Part shown: in pieces, positions 16,273 through 30,150 of the stretch | Position numbering within the stretch: the first letter of the stretch is position 1 | How the letters are laid out: every line of letters begins with the position of its first letter | Origin: Eledone cirrhosa | Lineage: Eukaryota | DNA: 64,000 nucleotides | Reading direction: 5' to 3' | NCBI GenBank assembly: GCA_964016885.1 | Contig: OZ024755.1 | Location: 42,532,001-42,596,000 of the forward strand | The notes under the pieces: generated by a model | The model's database searches: none | The model's input: the letters and a program-made list of their open reading frames with translations, nothing else | Told to the model about the DNA's origin: nothing | Position numbers and translations under genes: made by a program

Positions 16273-16540
16273 GTATATATATACATATATGTATATGTAT
16301 ATATATACATATATGTATATGTATATATATACATATATGTATATGTATATATATACATATATGTATATGTATATATATATATATACATATATATGTATAT
16401 ATATATATACATATATGTATATATATATATATATATACATATATATGTATATATATATATACATATATATGTATATATATATATACATATATGTATATGT
16501 ATATATATATATATACATATATATGTATATATATATATAC

Positions 16541-16721
<181 letters not shown>

Positions 16722-16794
16722 TATACATATATGTATATGTATATATGTATATATATATATACATATATGTATATGTATATATATATATACATAT

Positions 16795-17142
16795 ATCATC
16801 ATCATCATCAACATTTAACGTCCGTGTTCCACGCTTGCATGGGTTTGGACGGGGGTAGTCCCACTTGAGGCAAGAGTGATTGTCTCGCTCGCATAGGACT
16901 GTCTGGCAGGTTTTCTACAGTTGGATGCCCTTCCTAACACCAACCACATTTACAGTGTGGGTCTGGAGGTTTTTACCGTGTTGCCTACACGGCCACATTA
17001 CAGCGTGGACTGTGTGTTTTTTTGTCGTGACACCTACACGATCTCATTTGTTTCGGCCTGGATGGCGCGGCACCAACATAACTTTACATAGAACGGGGTG
17101 GTGTGGTGGCGGGACGGGGTGTATTTTGTTAGAGATGCCTAC
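16795..17142 (-). mobile_element. 3' UTR-only copy of RTE family B
   Basis: Nearly identical to 14155-14521; flanked by (TA)n tracts 16189-16794 and 17143-18092. Confidence 0.85.
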
Positions 17143-17221
17143 GTATATGTATATATATATATACATATATATATATACATATATGTATATGTATATATAT
17201 ATATATACATATATGTATATG

Positions 17222-17389
<168 letters not shown>

Positions 17390-17422
17390 CACATATATAT
17401 ATATATATGTATATATATATAC

Positions 17423-17453
<31 letters not shown>

Positions 17454-17454
17454 C

Positions 17455-17534
<80 letters not shown>

Positions 17535-17541
17535 GTATATG

Positions 17542-17589
<48 letters not shown>

Positions 17590-17590
17590 C

Positions 17591-17623
<33 letters not shown>

Positions 17624-17678
17624 CATATATACATATATATATATACATATATATATATATGTATATATATATATACAT

Positions 17679-17775
<97 letters not shown>

Positions 17776-17815
17776 CATATATATATATATGTATATATAT
17801 ATATATGTATATATG

Positions 17816-17846
<31 letters not shown>

Positions 17847-17892
17847 GTATATATATACATATACATATATATATATGTATATATACATATAC

Positions 17893-18070
<178 letters not shown>

Positions 18071-18092
18071 GTGTATATATATATATATATAT

Positions 18093-18358
18093 GCTTGCAA
18101 GGGTGGGACGGGAACTGATTCTGGCTTGATTTCTACAGCTGGATGCCCTTCCTAACACCAACCTCATTTACAGTGAGTGCTGGGTCCTTTTTTGTCGTGG
18201 CACCTGCACGACCACTTTGCTGTGGAATGATATGGACCCCAGTCCCTATCATCTCATTTCTACAGCTGAGTAAACAACACATCACCCGGTCTGAGAATTG
18301 AACTCACAACCTTTCGATTGCAAGGCCAATGCTCTAACCACTAAGCCATGTGCCTCCA
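18093..18358 (-). mobile_element. tRNA-headed SINE with RTE-A-like 3' part
   Basis: A box TGGCTTAGTGG, B box GAGTTCAATTC, AGGAAGGGCATCCAGC body. Confidence 0.8.
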
Positions 18359-18364
18359 TTGGAT

Positions 18365-19330
18365 ACATAATAATAAACAACTACTAATATAATACAAACT
18401 TACATAACTGTTAGAGATTTAAATAATTTAAATTATTGAAGAAAGAAGTGAAAGACAGAGAGAGAAACAGATGAAGGAAAAGAGAGTGACTAGAAGTATA
18501 GTAATATCTTATGCACGAAAGCAAAAGAAAATTGATTAAGGATAGAGAGACGAGGAGAAAATAATTCTTATAGTATAAAGCATAGGGAAGGAGATTTGTA
18601 TTGTCGTGGATAAATAGCGTATAATTAGATGATGCAAAAATATATATATAAATAAATATATATTTGGGCTTAGCTTTGTGAATGAATAATTTCGAATCGT
18701 TAATTATCTAAAAATAATCAATCAATCAAAATATCAAATATATCTGGGTGTAGTTATATGAGGGTTTATTTTAGAATCCTAAAGTTAATTAGAAATAGTC
18801 TATTAATCAATTATATATATATCCCAGCGTATCTGGATGACCGTTAAATTTTGAATCTTTATGTTAGTTCAAAATAGTGAATTAATCTAAAGGCTTAATA
18901 TTTCAGGCTATAAAATTTATAAGTATTTATATTATAGTATAATATCATATTTAAAGTATTTGCAAACATGAGAAAGAAGAGACTTAATATTTTCTTCACC
19001 CCAAAGGTAATTCAAATTAAATTATATTAAATTTTTTTTTTTTATATATTAAAGAGATTTTATATTAAAAAATAATCATTATATAATTTAGAAAATAATT
19101 ACAATTATAACTTTAAAAATTTAAAATTTAAAATTAGAATGCCCTTAAGTATCCAAAGGCATTATAAGTATACTTAAAAAGGATATTATTAAACTAGATA
19201 TACGCATGTCTAAATTTATACAGAGTACATTGTTTAAATTTAAGACGATATTAGTCAGTTATATATAATATAATAAATATAATTAGTTAAGAGTGTTAAA
19301 AATAAAGTTTTACATCAATTATTATATAAA
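18365..19330 (-). mobile_element. Probable PLE 3' UTR fragment
   Basis: ~18395-18800 is a diverged copy of ~19960-20345, which leads into a hammerhead-bearing terminus. Confidence 0.5.
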
Positions 19331-19331
19331 A

Positions 19332-19371
<40 letters not shown>

Positions 19372-19425
19372 TTATATATATATATATATAATATATATAT
19401 AATATATATATATTATATATATATA

Positions 19426-19560
19426 TGGTCCAGAAATAGCCGTCGAAACGGCTTGAGCTCTGCCGTCGGGGTCATACTTTTTCCTATTTCCCACTCTACT
19501 ACCCTAAGTATTGAGTACTCTGGTGCGTTATGGTCCATCTGGTTCCTTACCACAATTCCT
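19426..19560 (+). mobile_element. Short PLE-type terminal fragment (GTCGAAACGGC family)
   Basis: Same family as 23795-23991, 30011-30150, 58710-58850 and 4200-4262; flanked by TA. Confidence 0.6.
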
Positions 19561-19584
19561 TTGTTATATATATATTATATATAT

Positions 19585-20440
19585 ATTTAAAGGTTAAACA
19601 AGGTTCAATGAATAAATCAAAGAATGAGTTTTACAATAGATTAGAAGCACTCAACAGTATTGGTTTTCCGGAGTTATTAATATTGATTCAAAATATTAAT
19701 AAAAATAGACATTCGTGTGATCAAGTATATTTTATTATACATATTTCAGAGGTACTGAGCTATCTTCAACAGTATGTCCTCATCAGATAAAGTAAGATGA
19801 TGCATGGCATACTCTGACTTAGTAGATGGTTAAGATTCAGTCATGGTAGTGAATAAGATATGACAAAACTCAATATTTATATACCTTAAGATTGAGATAT
19901 GAAAAAACTTACATATAATACAGAGGGTGCGTGTGAGAAAGCTTAAAAATACATAATAGTAATTTACATAACTGTTAGAGATTCAAGTAATTTAAATTAT
20001 TGAAGAAAGAAAGAAGAAAGACAGAAATAAATGAGGAAAAATATAGTTACTAGAAGTATAGAAACCAAAAGAGAATTGATCAATGATAGAGAGACAAAGA
20101 GGAATAATTTTTATAGTATAAAGCATAGGGGAGGAGATTTGTATTGTCGTGGATGAATAGGGTGTGATTAGATGATGCAAAAATATATATATCTATATAA
20201 ATACATAAATATACATTTGGGCATAGCTTTGTGAAAGAGTAAACTCGAATCTTTGAATTATCTAGAAATAATCAATCAATCTAAATATTAAATATATCTG
20301 GGTGTAATTATGAGGGTTTAATTTCGAGTCCTTAGTTAATTAGAAATATACTAACAAGTATGTTAGAAATGTATATTATTCTCTTTGAGGCGTTTTAATT
20401 ACAGATTAGATTTATTTCTTGGTTATGAGTCTCAGATATT
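19585..20440 (-). mobile_element. PLE 3' UTR and pLTR with hammerhead
   Basis: Hammerhead at 19728-19795; downstream ACTGTTGAGTGCT..AAAACTCA motif shared with ~4632-4700. Confidence 0.65.
19728..19795 (-). ncRNA. Type I hammerhead ribozyme (slightly decayed)
   Basis: Minus strand: TTTAT-CTGATGA-[GGA..TACTG/CAGTA..TCT]-GAAA-TATGTA-TA|ATAAA; the ATGT loop may be a CpG-decayed ACGT palindrome. Confidence 0.7.
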
Positions 20441-20854
20441 GTTAATTAGACATGAAATATTTGATAGACATTGTTGTACTGTGTTGAATATAGTGAGAGT
20501 ATGTGGCTTAGTGGTTAAAGAGTTGGATTCACAATCTCATGATTGTAAGTTCAATTCCTGGGCCAGGCACTGATTTATGTCCTTCAGCAAAACACTATTT
20601 CATGCTGCTCCTTCTATCAGAAGTTGAAACCAGTAGATTATCAGCAATCGAGTAAACAATTCCAATGGAAACATCGTTTCCTTGGTCCAATCTGATGAGT
20701 TCCACCCCACTCATTTGTCAAATAAGATCTGGGATCTTGATTCAGATCAATAAAATGTTTTGTAACTGAGTAATTGTATTTGAGGGGGAGAGGGTCGTAT
20801 TTATTTACTTTCATTTTGATCATTAGTGGGGTTATAAGAGTAACATTTTAATTA

Positions 20855-21092
20855 CGGTATTACCCGGAGTCAAAGACGCTACTTTTTCTCTAAAATAAAT
20901 CTCCAAAATCTACATGTCCTGGAGGCCGAAGGTTGTTTATTATTTCATTTTCAAATGAAGTACCAGTAATGCACTGGGTAATTGCTGGCCTTGTGCCTAA
21001 AGTAGAAACAATTATTTCATTTTCAAATTTTTGGTTGTCAAAATTAGGGTGCATCCTCGAGGATGAAATGTCTTTGGCACCAGGAAATACGG
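20855..21092. mobile_element. Tc1/pogo-type MITE interrupted by a SINE 3' fragment
   Basis: TIRs CGGTATTACCCGGAGTCAAAGAC / GTCTTTGGCACCAGGAAATACGG; TA flanks; SINE piece ~20957-21010 bounded by duplicated ATTATTTCATTTTCAAAT. Confidence 0.75.
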
Positions 21093-21589
21093 TATATATT
21101 ATAGTACCATTCCTTTATTAGTATGTAGTCTAAGATCCCCATTGAAAAGTCCGTTTAATGTAGGTGTAATATGTTTAGTTGTGGAGGGTATTATACATTT
21201 TATTTACACAGTTTTCTTTAGATAAGTCTACATTAGTGTTTTAATATTTTATCTACACTGTTAATAGGTATAATTTAGATTTTAACCCTTTAGCATTTAA
21301 AGCAGCCATATCTGACCAGAATTCTCTCCCCTCTTTCTGTCCAAACCAGCAGTAACTGGTCACTAATACTTATGTTAAGGTATTGTTCTCAAAATAAATA
21401 ACATCAAAATCTCATAGATTTGATATTATGTGAGGTAATTATTTAAGATAAAACCTTTACTGTAACAATACAATAGTATATATATATATAGTAATGTAAA
21501 TACTAAAGGGTTAGTACAATAGTATATATATAGTAATGTAAATATTAAAGGGTTAATACAATAGTATATATACATGTATATATATATAG

Positions 21590-21788
21590 TAATAATAATA
21601 AATTTGAAGACTAAAATCCAAAGAGGGCTCGATAAGGATAAATACATATCAAATATATAAGAACCCTAGAGCAAATATTTATTAAAATAGCAGATTAAAG
21701 TTTAAGCAAAGAATCGCTGCTTTCACACTTAACGGGTTTCAGAAGATCCCATTAAGGGTGAAAGCAACGATTCTTTGCTTAAACTTTA

Positions 21789-21790
<2 letters not shown>
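21590..21790. mobile_element. Fold-back PLE-type terminal fragment
   Basis: ~43-bp inverted arms 21694-21736/21748-21790 (3 mismatches); centre has hammerhead-like CAGAAGA-TCCC..GGGT-GAAA. Confidence 0.55.
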
Positions 21791-21825
<35 letters not shown>

Positions 21826-21861
21826 GTAATGTAAATGTTAAATACAATAGTATATATATAT

Positions 21862-22938
21862 ACATCAAGGTTCGGTCCTCAGCCCGCTCTTGTTCATTAT
21901 AGTCCGCCAAGCCATAACAGAGGAGTTTAAGACTGGCTGTCCATTGGAACTTCTCTATGCTGACGATCTGGTTCTTATAGCAGAATCAGTAGAGGAGCTA
22001 GAGGATAAATTCTGGCTATGGAAACAGCAGTTGGAAGCAAGAGGACTGAGAGTGAACCTAGCTAAGACAAAAGTGTTGATGAGTAGAAGAGAGGACAATA
22101 CTTTGATTTCATCAGGGAAATGGCCATGTTCGATATGCAGATAAGGAACTGGCATAAATTCTATAAAATGCACACAATGCAGATCCTGGGTACACAAGAG
22201 ATGTAGCGGGATAGCAGGCAAACTAACAGGTAGGGAGAAATATGTATGCAATAGATGTACAGGGAAATTAGACAGTAGAAGTCGCATTGATAGACACACT
22301 TTTCAAATGCAGGCGGGTGCTATAGAAGTGGTGGATAGTTTCCGGTACCTAGGAGATCAGATTAGCATGGGAGTGGGGTGTTCCGAGGCCATAGTATCTA
22401 GAATAAGGACGGGTTGGAAGAAGTTTAGGGAGCTGCTTCCTCTGCTGACGAAGAAGGGTTTTCTCCCTGCATACGAAAGGCCGGTTATATGATGCCTGTG
22501 TGAGGAGCGCGATGCTGCATGGTAGTGAGACATGGGCAGCAACTGCAGAGGATATGCGACGGCTGGAGAGAAATGAGGCAAGCATGCTCCGTTGGATGTG
22601 CAGTGTCAATGTGCGTGAACAACCCAGCATGTATGTGTTGAGAGAGAAACTGTGTCTGAGAGGGATAGAATGTAGTGTATGGGAGTGGAGACTGAGGTGG
22701 TATGGACATGTGTTGCGCATGGAGGATGACCGATGGGTGAAGAAGTGCCAGGAAATGCCAGTTGAAGGAAAACATGGTAGACCACAAAAAACATGGGCGG
22801 AGGTGGTGAGAACAGACCTCAGATCGCTGAAGCTCACGGTGGAGTTGACAAAGGACCGTGACAAGTGGAGAGATGCTGTGCTGAATAAGATCCGTCCCAC
22901 CCTTGTAAGTAGGGAAGAGCGGACGTAAAATGATGATT
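21862..22938 (+). pseudogene. Second 5'-truncated RTE family A copy with a stop and a frameshift
   Basis: High similarity to 7110-8197; stop at 22142-22144; ORF broken into 21890-22144, 22307-22492 and 22500-22928. Confidence 0.9.
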
Positions 22939-23794
22939 ACGATATATATAATAATGTAAATGTTAATGGGTTCATTTTCCTTGATTAATGTTTTATGTTG
23001 GATATATCTATAGTTCATTATTTGTGGAGACTTTATTAGATGTTGGATATATGTTCAGGTGTGTGCTGGGTCTTGGCTTGCTTTTATTTTGATGATGGGT
23101 GGGGTTGTGAGAGAAACAAAAGTCTGCCCACCCTTGGCATATTCTCTACATTCACTGCCCATGCTTCACTATTGTCCACATCACACACAGACATCATACA
23201 GCTGGCTTTTCATTCATGAGAGAAACCTTTTGTTGTCAACAGAGGAAGTAACTCCCTGAATTTTTTCCATCCTCTTCTTGGAACAACTTCCTCCACTGTT
23301 AATTAGATCACCTTATTAGCAGAAGCTATCAACCTCTTTTATGGACCTTTCCTAAGATTGGAAAAGGTTTATTTCACTGATGCTGCCAACTATCCTGTCA
23401 ATACAAGATCCTCTCTTTCATTAGCTCTGATTGAATGACTTAACTATGAAACCTATTTTCACAGTAAAACTAAATATACATTTACCAAACATTTCGGCCG
23501 CTAGCACACTTCTTACTATATATCTTAATTACCAACACAACTACTAATTATATGCAAATTAATACATCCATTTCATAATAATACTAAGAGCAAATACATG
23601 TTTCTTTATGGTTGATTGAATGATATACACACCTGATGAAGGTCCAATTAGATCAGAAAACCTATTAAAAAGTGTTTATTATTCTTTCAATTTACAGGAA
23701 AATTTGTATTTTCTCATGTTTACATGTCTATATATTAAAAATGTGTGTATTTATATATACATTGCTGCAGTCTTAGTTACATACTCTGTATTTA

Positions 23795-23991
23795 GAAAAA
23801 GAGTCAGGACCCCAACGGCTGAGCTCCGGCCGTTTCGATAGCTAGTTCTGAATGCTCAGAACTAGCTGTCGAAACAGCCAGAGCTCAGCCGTCGGGGTCC
23901 TGACTCTCTTCCTATTACCCACTCTACTACCCATAGTATTGAGTACTCTGGTGCGTTATGATCCACCTGGTTCCTTACCACACTTCCTCCG
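23795..23991. mobile_element. Fold-back retroposed insertion with 13-bp TSD
   Basis: Inverted arms ~23797-23851/23856-23910; TSD TACTCTGTATTTA at 23782-23794 and 23992-24004. Confidence 0.8.
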
Positions 23992-24329
23992 TACTCTGTA
24001 TTTATACAGATATAACTTTATTAAAAATACATTTACTAAACACACAGGACTTGTGCAAGAGCATTACATTCAAGCACACAATCTATTTAAATGTTTAACC
24101 TATATGTGCCAGCTGTGGCCATATCCAGGTTGTTCAACTAACTAACTGCAACATGCTTCCCTTTAGTAGGACACCCACAGCTCTATCACAGCTGTCAACA
24201 TAGTTCAAAGTTGAACTCCTCTCATGCCAAACTACCTAAAATTTGTTTCTATCATACAAAACTGTTTTAAAGTGTTTATCATCATATTTAATATGCTAGT
24301 ACGTGCACCCTTAATGTTATTCAAGAAAT

Positions 24330-24900
24330 AAACCCTTTCATTACCATATTTCTAATGAAAGACACTGCCTATGTCATTAACCCTTTCATTACCATATTTC
24401 TAATGAAAGACACTGTCTATATCTTTAACCCTTTCATTACCATCTTTCTAATGAAAGACACTGTCTATATCTTTAACCCTTTCATTACCATCTTTCTAAT
24501 GAAAGACACTGTCTATGTCTTTAACTCTTTCATTACCATATTTCTAATGAAAGACACTATCTATGTCATTAACCCTTCATTACCATATTTCTAATGAAAG
24601 ACACTACCTATGTCATTAACCCTTCCATTACCATATTTCTATTGAAAGACACTACCTATGTCATTAACCCTTTCATTACCATATTTCTAATGAAAAACAC
24701 TACCTATTTCATTAACCCTTCATTACCATATTTCTATTGAAAGACACTGTCTATGTCATTAACACTTTCATTACCATATTTATAATGAAAGACACTGTCT
24801 ATGTCATTAACCCTTTCATTACCATATTTCTAATGAAAAACACTCTCTATGTCATTGACCCTTTCATTACCATATTTCTATTGAAAGGCACTGCCTATGA
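24330..24900 (+). repeat. ~12 x 48-bp tandem repeat of a piggyBac-like MITE terminus
   Basis: Unit TTAACCCTTTCATTACCATATTTCTAATGAAAGACACTGTCTATGTCA; a related single terminus lies in reverse at ~1890-1961. Confidence 0.8.
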
Positions 24901-26049
24901 TTTTCAAAAATGTTTAGAAATAGTCAAGAAATTGGATGGATTAAGTAATATAACTAATTTACTCATTATTAAGTTGGTGTTTGTAACATAACTTAAAGGT
25001 TCTTACATAAAATTATGATAGGTTTTTAGATAAATGTATACATTTTAAGCTTTCATTGCCATATATCTGATAAAAGACTGCCTATAATTTTCAAATTAAT
25101 TTGAAAATAATCAAGAATTTGAAGAGAGTATTATAACTAACTTTCTAATTAAATCGGTGTTTGGAACAAAGTTCTCCTTCATCCACTTATTCCTACGAGG
25201 GTCGTGGAGACAGAGTCCTCAAACACACCTTTCAGCAGGTCCAGTTAGAATCAACAGTCTCCATCTGATCTGGCTGGATCCCCAAACAGGACCTACCAAG
25301 CTTATGGATGTTATCCAACCATCTTGCTTGGGGTCTAACCCCATTGGTTTTTACCTATAAAATTGTCCTGGGACATTCTAACCACATGCCCATAACATCA
25401 GAGCTGTAATCTCTCAAATCAGAGAAGTAGTGGCTGTACCTGGAGTAACTCCCTGATCTCCAAACTATAAAGTTTCTTACATGAAATTATAATAGATAGT
25501 TTTTAGATAAATAGAAAAACTTAAAAATAAACGAGCTAAGTAGGTCAAGAGTTTTAGAAAGAAACATGAAAGACTGTGGAGATGGATTACAAGCCATCAT
25601 GCTTGACTGGGTGTGAGAGGATGTCAGAAAAAATGTATGATGTGAAATGTTGTCAGAAATGTTTGACCCACGTGCTATAACTTCTAACTACATTACTATG
25701 CACTCAATAACAGAGATAACACATCTTTTAATTTTCTCTAGACTGGTAGGGGTTATGCCTATGAAATGGAGATTTTTGACACCTCACTCACTCTAACTCC
25801 ATTAACAGTAACAGGTAAATAACTTCAATCAAGGCAGGATGACAGCTTACTATAGATATGGCTTACTATAGCCTATAAGGGATAGTTTACTATAGGCTTG
25901 GCTTACTATAGCCTATAAGACAGCTTACTATATATAGCCTATAAGAGACAGCTTACTATAGACATGGCTTATAGGAGCCTATAAAACAGCTTACTATAGA
26001 CATGGCTTATTACATTACTTAAAAAATAATATAACAGAAATAATATAAT

Positions 26050-26230
26050 AATTGTTTCTACTTTAGGCACAAGGCCAGCAATTACCCAGTGCATTACTGG
26101 TACTTTATTTTATCGACCCCGTAAGGATGAAAGGCAAAGTCAACCTCGGCGGGATTTGAACTCAGATCGTAAAGGGACGTAACTATGCTTGAAAGCATGG
26201 CGTCCGACCCTCTACCGATAGTGCCAATCC
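26050..26230 (-). mobile_element. CORE-type tRNA SINE (many copies in window)
   Basis: GAGTTCAAATCCCGCCGAGG..CCTTTCATCCTTACGGGGTCGATAAAATAAAGTACCAG; copies at ~27688-27870, 29465-29640, 30367-30550, 39620-39950, 45225-46035 (split), 53170-53492, 60360-60965, 61350-61452. Confidence 0.85.
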
Positions 26231-28824
26231 AAAAGCAGATAATACAAATATTATATGAGTTCTTGTTTTTATAATTTGTCTATGTTTGCATAAATTGGAT
26301 TAAGTCTGGGGCTTATACCAGTTTCATAGGCATTGAATCACAGAATAGATGGACAGAACTCCAATTCATAACAGAGCTAACCTCCTGCTGCTGCTGGTAC
26401 TAATTTTCAGCCGTGTGAACTGGATCAATGTGAAATGAAATGCCTTGCTCAAGGATACAGTGCACCACTTGGTCTGGGAATCAAACTTGAAACTTGTAAC
26501 CTTATGATGAAAAGCTTAATATCCTAACCACAATATAAAATTAAAATAAAGTTGGGAGTGGATTGTGTCAATATATGACACAAACACAAACTGTTAACTG
26601 TATCACATTTTTTCAGATGTCCCACCCATCCTTAAACTGAGGAGGTGGAAGATGTGGTTGGGACAGATAAGAGAAATATTTAATATCATCAAAATAGTGT
26701 CATGCCTGTTATTCAGCAGCAGTTGTAGGAATTGGCATATGCTGAGATAGCAGAAAGATGTAAAGACTAGAAGCTTAGTGGTTAGTGTGTTTAGCCCACA
26801 ATTGTAAGGCCGTAGGTTTCATTTCTGGCAGCACGTTGTTGTATCCTTGAGCAAGGTCCTTTATTCCACATTGCTCCAGCTCACTAAGCTGGCAAAAATG
26901 AGTTGTACCTGTATTTCAAAGGACCAGCCTTGTCACTCAGTGTGTCACACTGAATCCCCCTGTGAACTATACATTAGGGGTACATGGGGCTGTGGAATAC
27001 TCAGCCACTTTCATGGTAATTTCAAAAGCAAAGTGTTCCATTGTTTGTACAACTGAAAACACTGTCAGGAGCAATGGAGGTCCAACACAAGAAAAATAAT
27101 ATGTTGAAGCAGAGATGTGTTGAGAGAGAGAAAAAGTGAGTATAACAGGAAAGAAATATAGTGTAGGGAAGAGAAGGTTGCTCTGGTACAGACATGTAAT
27201 GTTTGGATGATGATTGTTGAGTGAAGAAGTACCAGAAGAAGGAAGCCATGGCAGAAGAAGAGGAAGATAGACCTGGACAGAGGTGGTGAAAGCTGATCTG
27301 AGGAAGGATGGTTGATGAAGATCACAAAGATGACAAAAGAAGTGGAGAGGACTCAGCTAAGCCATGCAGGCAAGGAAAAGTGGGTTGGAGGAGGACTGCT
27401 TAGTATCAACCCAAAATATCACACCAACCCACCCAAAACTACCTCTGGTTGTATGACAAAACCATTCATTTTAAACTAAAAATATCCATCATAGTTTTAT
27501 AAAATATTTCATTATTGTTCAAACATCTTGCAACTAAATCACTTCATGGTATTTTTTATTAAAAATTTATTTAAAATATATACTCAAATATAAGCTGATC
27601 CCCTTTTTATGTCTGAGAAAGGGACAAAAATCCAAACCACGTTTATAAGCCGAGGCAGCTAATCACCACATTGCTTAGATAATAATATAATTGTTTCTAT
27701 TTTTGGCACAAGGCCAGCAATTACCCAGTACATTACTGGTACTTTATTTTATCGACCCCATAAGGATGAAAGGCAAAGTTAACCTCGGCGGGATTTGAAC
27801 TCAGACCATAAAGGGCCATAACTCTGCTGCAAAGCATAGCGTCAGACCCTCTACCGATACTGCCAATTCACTGCTTAGATAATAATATAATGAAAATGAT
27901 TGAGTACTCAGGTGCACAACTTAGGTGCATGTATAGTACATAGAATAATTTACAAATAATGAACAGTGGATGAGTCATGATATACACACACAGACACACT
28001 GCGTGCGTGTGTAAGGAGGGGGAATATCAGGTGTAGTGTTGGCGAAGAACCAAGGAAGTTTTGTGTCCTGACAGCTAACAACTCTCGTATATAAGTCACC
28101 CTCCTCGTATATAAGCCACCCTCCTTGACCATTTTACCCTCGATGTTTTGCTCCCATATTCGAGAATAGTCAGTATATCTCGGCTGTTGTAGCGAGTGTC
28201 ACTAGCCATCATCCGGGGGGGATGGTTTTGCCGTCTTGTCAGCGGGGTGCAGCACTTCTGCCCTCTTGCCCTAGGTCCAAATCCCAATCACCCTTCCCTC
28301 TCTTCTGCGACACCAGAGTTCTTGCCATCCCCTCCCCTTCATGTTATTTTTCTTCTCTCTTTCTCTCCTCTTTTTTTTTCCTATATTTATTCTTTCTTTC
28401 CTTTTGTTTCCCCTTTTTTATTATTTCCATGTCACAATCGTCGTTCATATATTGCTTCTACATCAGAAATATGGCAATGAAATGCTTAACTTTAAAACTT
28501 GTCTACCACAGGTTTTCTCTATATAATAAAATATTTCTGTTATGTTGGACTCCAACTTATTATTATAGGCAGTATGTAATTATGGGAATTAAAAAGAATA
28601 GCAGTAAATATAATGAAACATTTTGTAAAGCTAACATTTGGATTTGAAAGTATGTGTTTGGGATTTATGAGTTCAAAGAAAGCCTCTTAGTTACTATTTT
28701 TAGCATCTAAACAATGATTTGAAAAAATTGCACTCAAACAAGATTATCAAAGAAATTAATAGGTAAATATTTCCTCGGATGAGAGGAAGAGGTCAAAAGT
28801 TAAAGATAAATATAAAAACAATAT

Positions 28825-28985
28825 CTATCTATCTAAGGCGGGTAAAATTCCCGAGATCCATGGACGAGTTCTTTCCAATGGTCTCTGTCCCTCATTATCG
28901 CTGCCATGTCCTGCATCTCCAAGAGACCTGTGTCTGTCCTTAGTGCATCAACATATGTTAACCACGGTCTTCCTCTTCCAGTGTG
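28825..28985 (-). mobile_element. 3' end of RTE-like LINE family C
   Basis: GRGRPWLTYVD..DRDHW; tail (TAGA)n; matches 41165-41330. Confidence 0.8.
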
Positions 28986-30010
28986 TAGATGAAAAGTTTG
29001 ATATGTTATACCAGTGGTATGATGAGGCACACGTGTGGCTTAGTGGCTAAAGAATTGGATTCATAATCATGAGACTGTGAATTTCATTCACAGACAGGAT
29101 GATGCATTATGTTCTTGAGCAAGACACTTTATTTCACGTTGCTCCTTCTGCCAGGAGTTGCGACCGATAGTTTCCTTGGTCCAGTTTGATGAGTTCCACC
29201 CCGGTATGCCAAGTCTGGCATCTTGTCTTTCGTTAAGATATCAACAGTCTACAATCTTTTGGTATAGTATGGACCCACAACTCCAGGGAATCATATGGGA
29301 GGGGAGACATACGGCAGGGCATTTTTAAGCCTAGCAGAGCCCATCTCTTCTCTATGCCTTCCAAATATTACACTACTTTTGCCATCTTGTCTGTAGGTGA
29401 GATATACTATCCAGCCATCAGTTGTACAGTTCCCACACCACTACTCTAGTTATATTGCTAATGGTTTCTGATTTAGGCACAAGGCCAGCAGTTTTGAGGG
29501 AGAGGAAGTCGATTAACTCGACCCAGTACGTTACTGGTACTTTATTTTATCGATCCTGTAAGGATGAAAGGTAAAGGTAACCTGTGGGATTTGAACTCAG
29601 AACAAATACTGCGACGTCCGACACTCTACCGACTCTGCTAATATTAAGTAGTCGTGGGGAGAGAGAGAGAGGTTAACCAGGCGTGGTCGATCTCTCAACA
29701 CGTCTGGTCTAGCTCACTAAACAAAATATGAGAAATTGACGCAGTATCGTTTAGCCCTAGGCCAGCTCCACTTAAAGCAGACTTGTGATCAAAAGTATTG
29801 ATTGAAGCCATGACAACGCCGTCTTTTTTTTCTTCTTTTTCTGGTTGTTGTTGTTGCAAAACGTGTAACCCCGGATTAGATTATCCAAGATCTCCCTTTT
29901 TTAAAAGAGGAAGATTTGGGGTGTTATTTCTAACATGTACAGGCTTCGGCTTTCTCGCTGGCTTGTCAAACATTTCATGATGCCTAAAGAACATAAACAG
30001 ACCTTCACTC

Positions 30011-30150
30011 CCAGAGTACTCAATACTTTGGGTAGTAGAGTCAGAACCGCGACGGCAGAGCTCTAGCCGTTTCGACGGCTATTTCTCGACTCCAGAAATA
30101 GCCGTCGAAACGGCTAGAGCTCTGCCGTCGGGGTCCTAAACCTCTTCCTA
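30011..30150. mobile_element. Fold-back copy of the GTCGAAACGGC family
   Basis: Inverted arms ~30050-30088/30095-30133 (CGACGGCAGAGCTCTAGCCGTTTCGACGGCTATTTCT and its complement). Confidence 0.75.

Noticed and set aside
18900-19330. Very AT-rich stretch resembling a mitochondrial insertion
   Set aside because: No recognisable mitochondrial gene; contiguous with probable PLE 3' UTR sequence.
20668-20712. GAAAC..CTGATGAG resembling a permuted hammerhead
   Set aside because: Stem I cannot form, and sister SINE copies (~4300-4335, ~29170-29195) do not conserve CUGAUGA.
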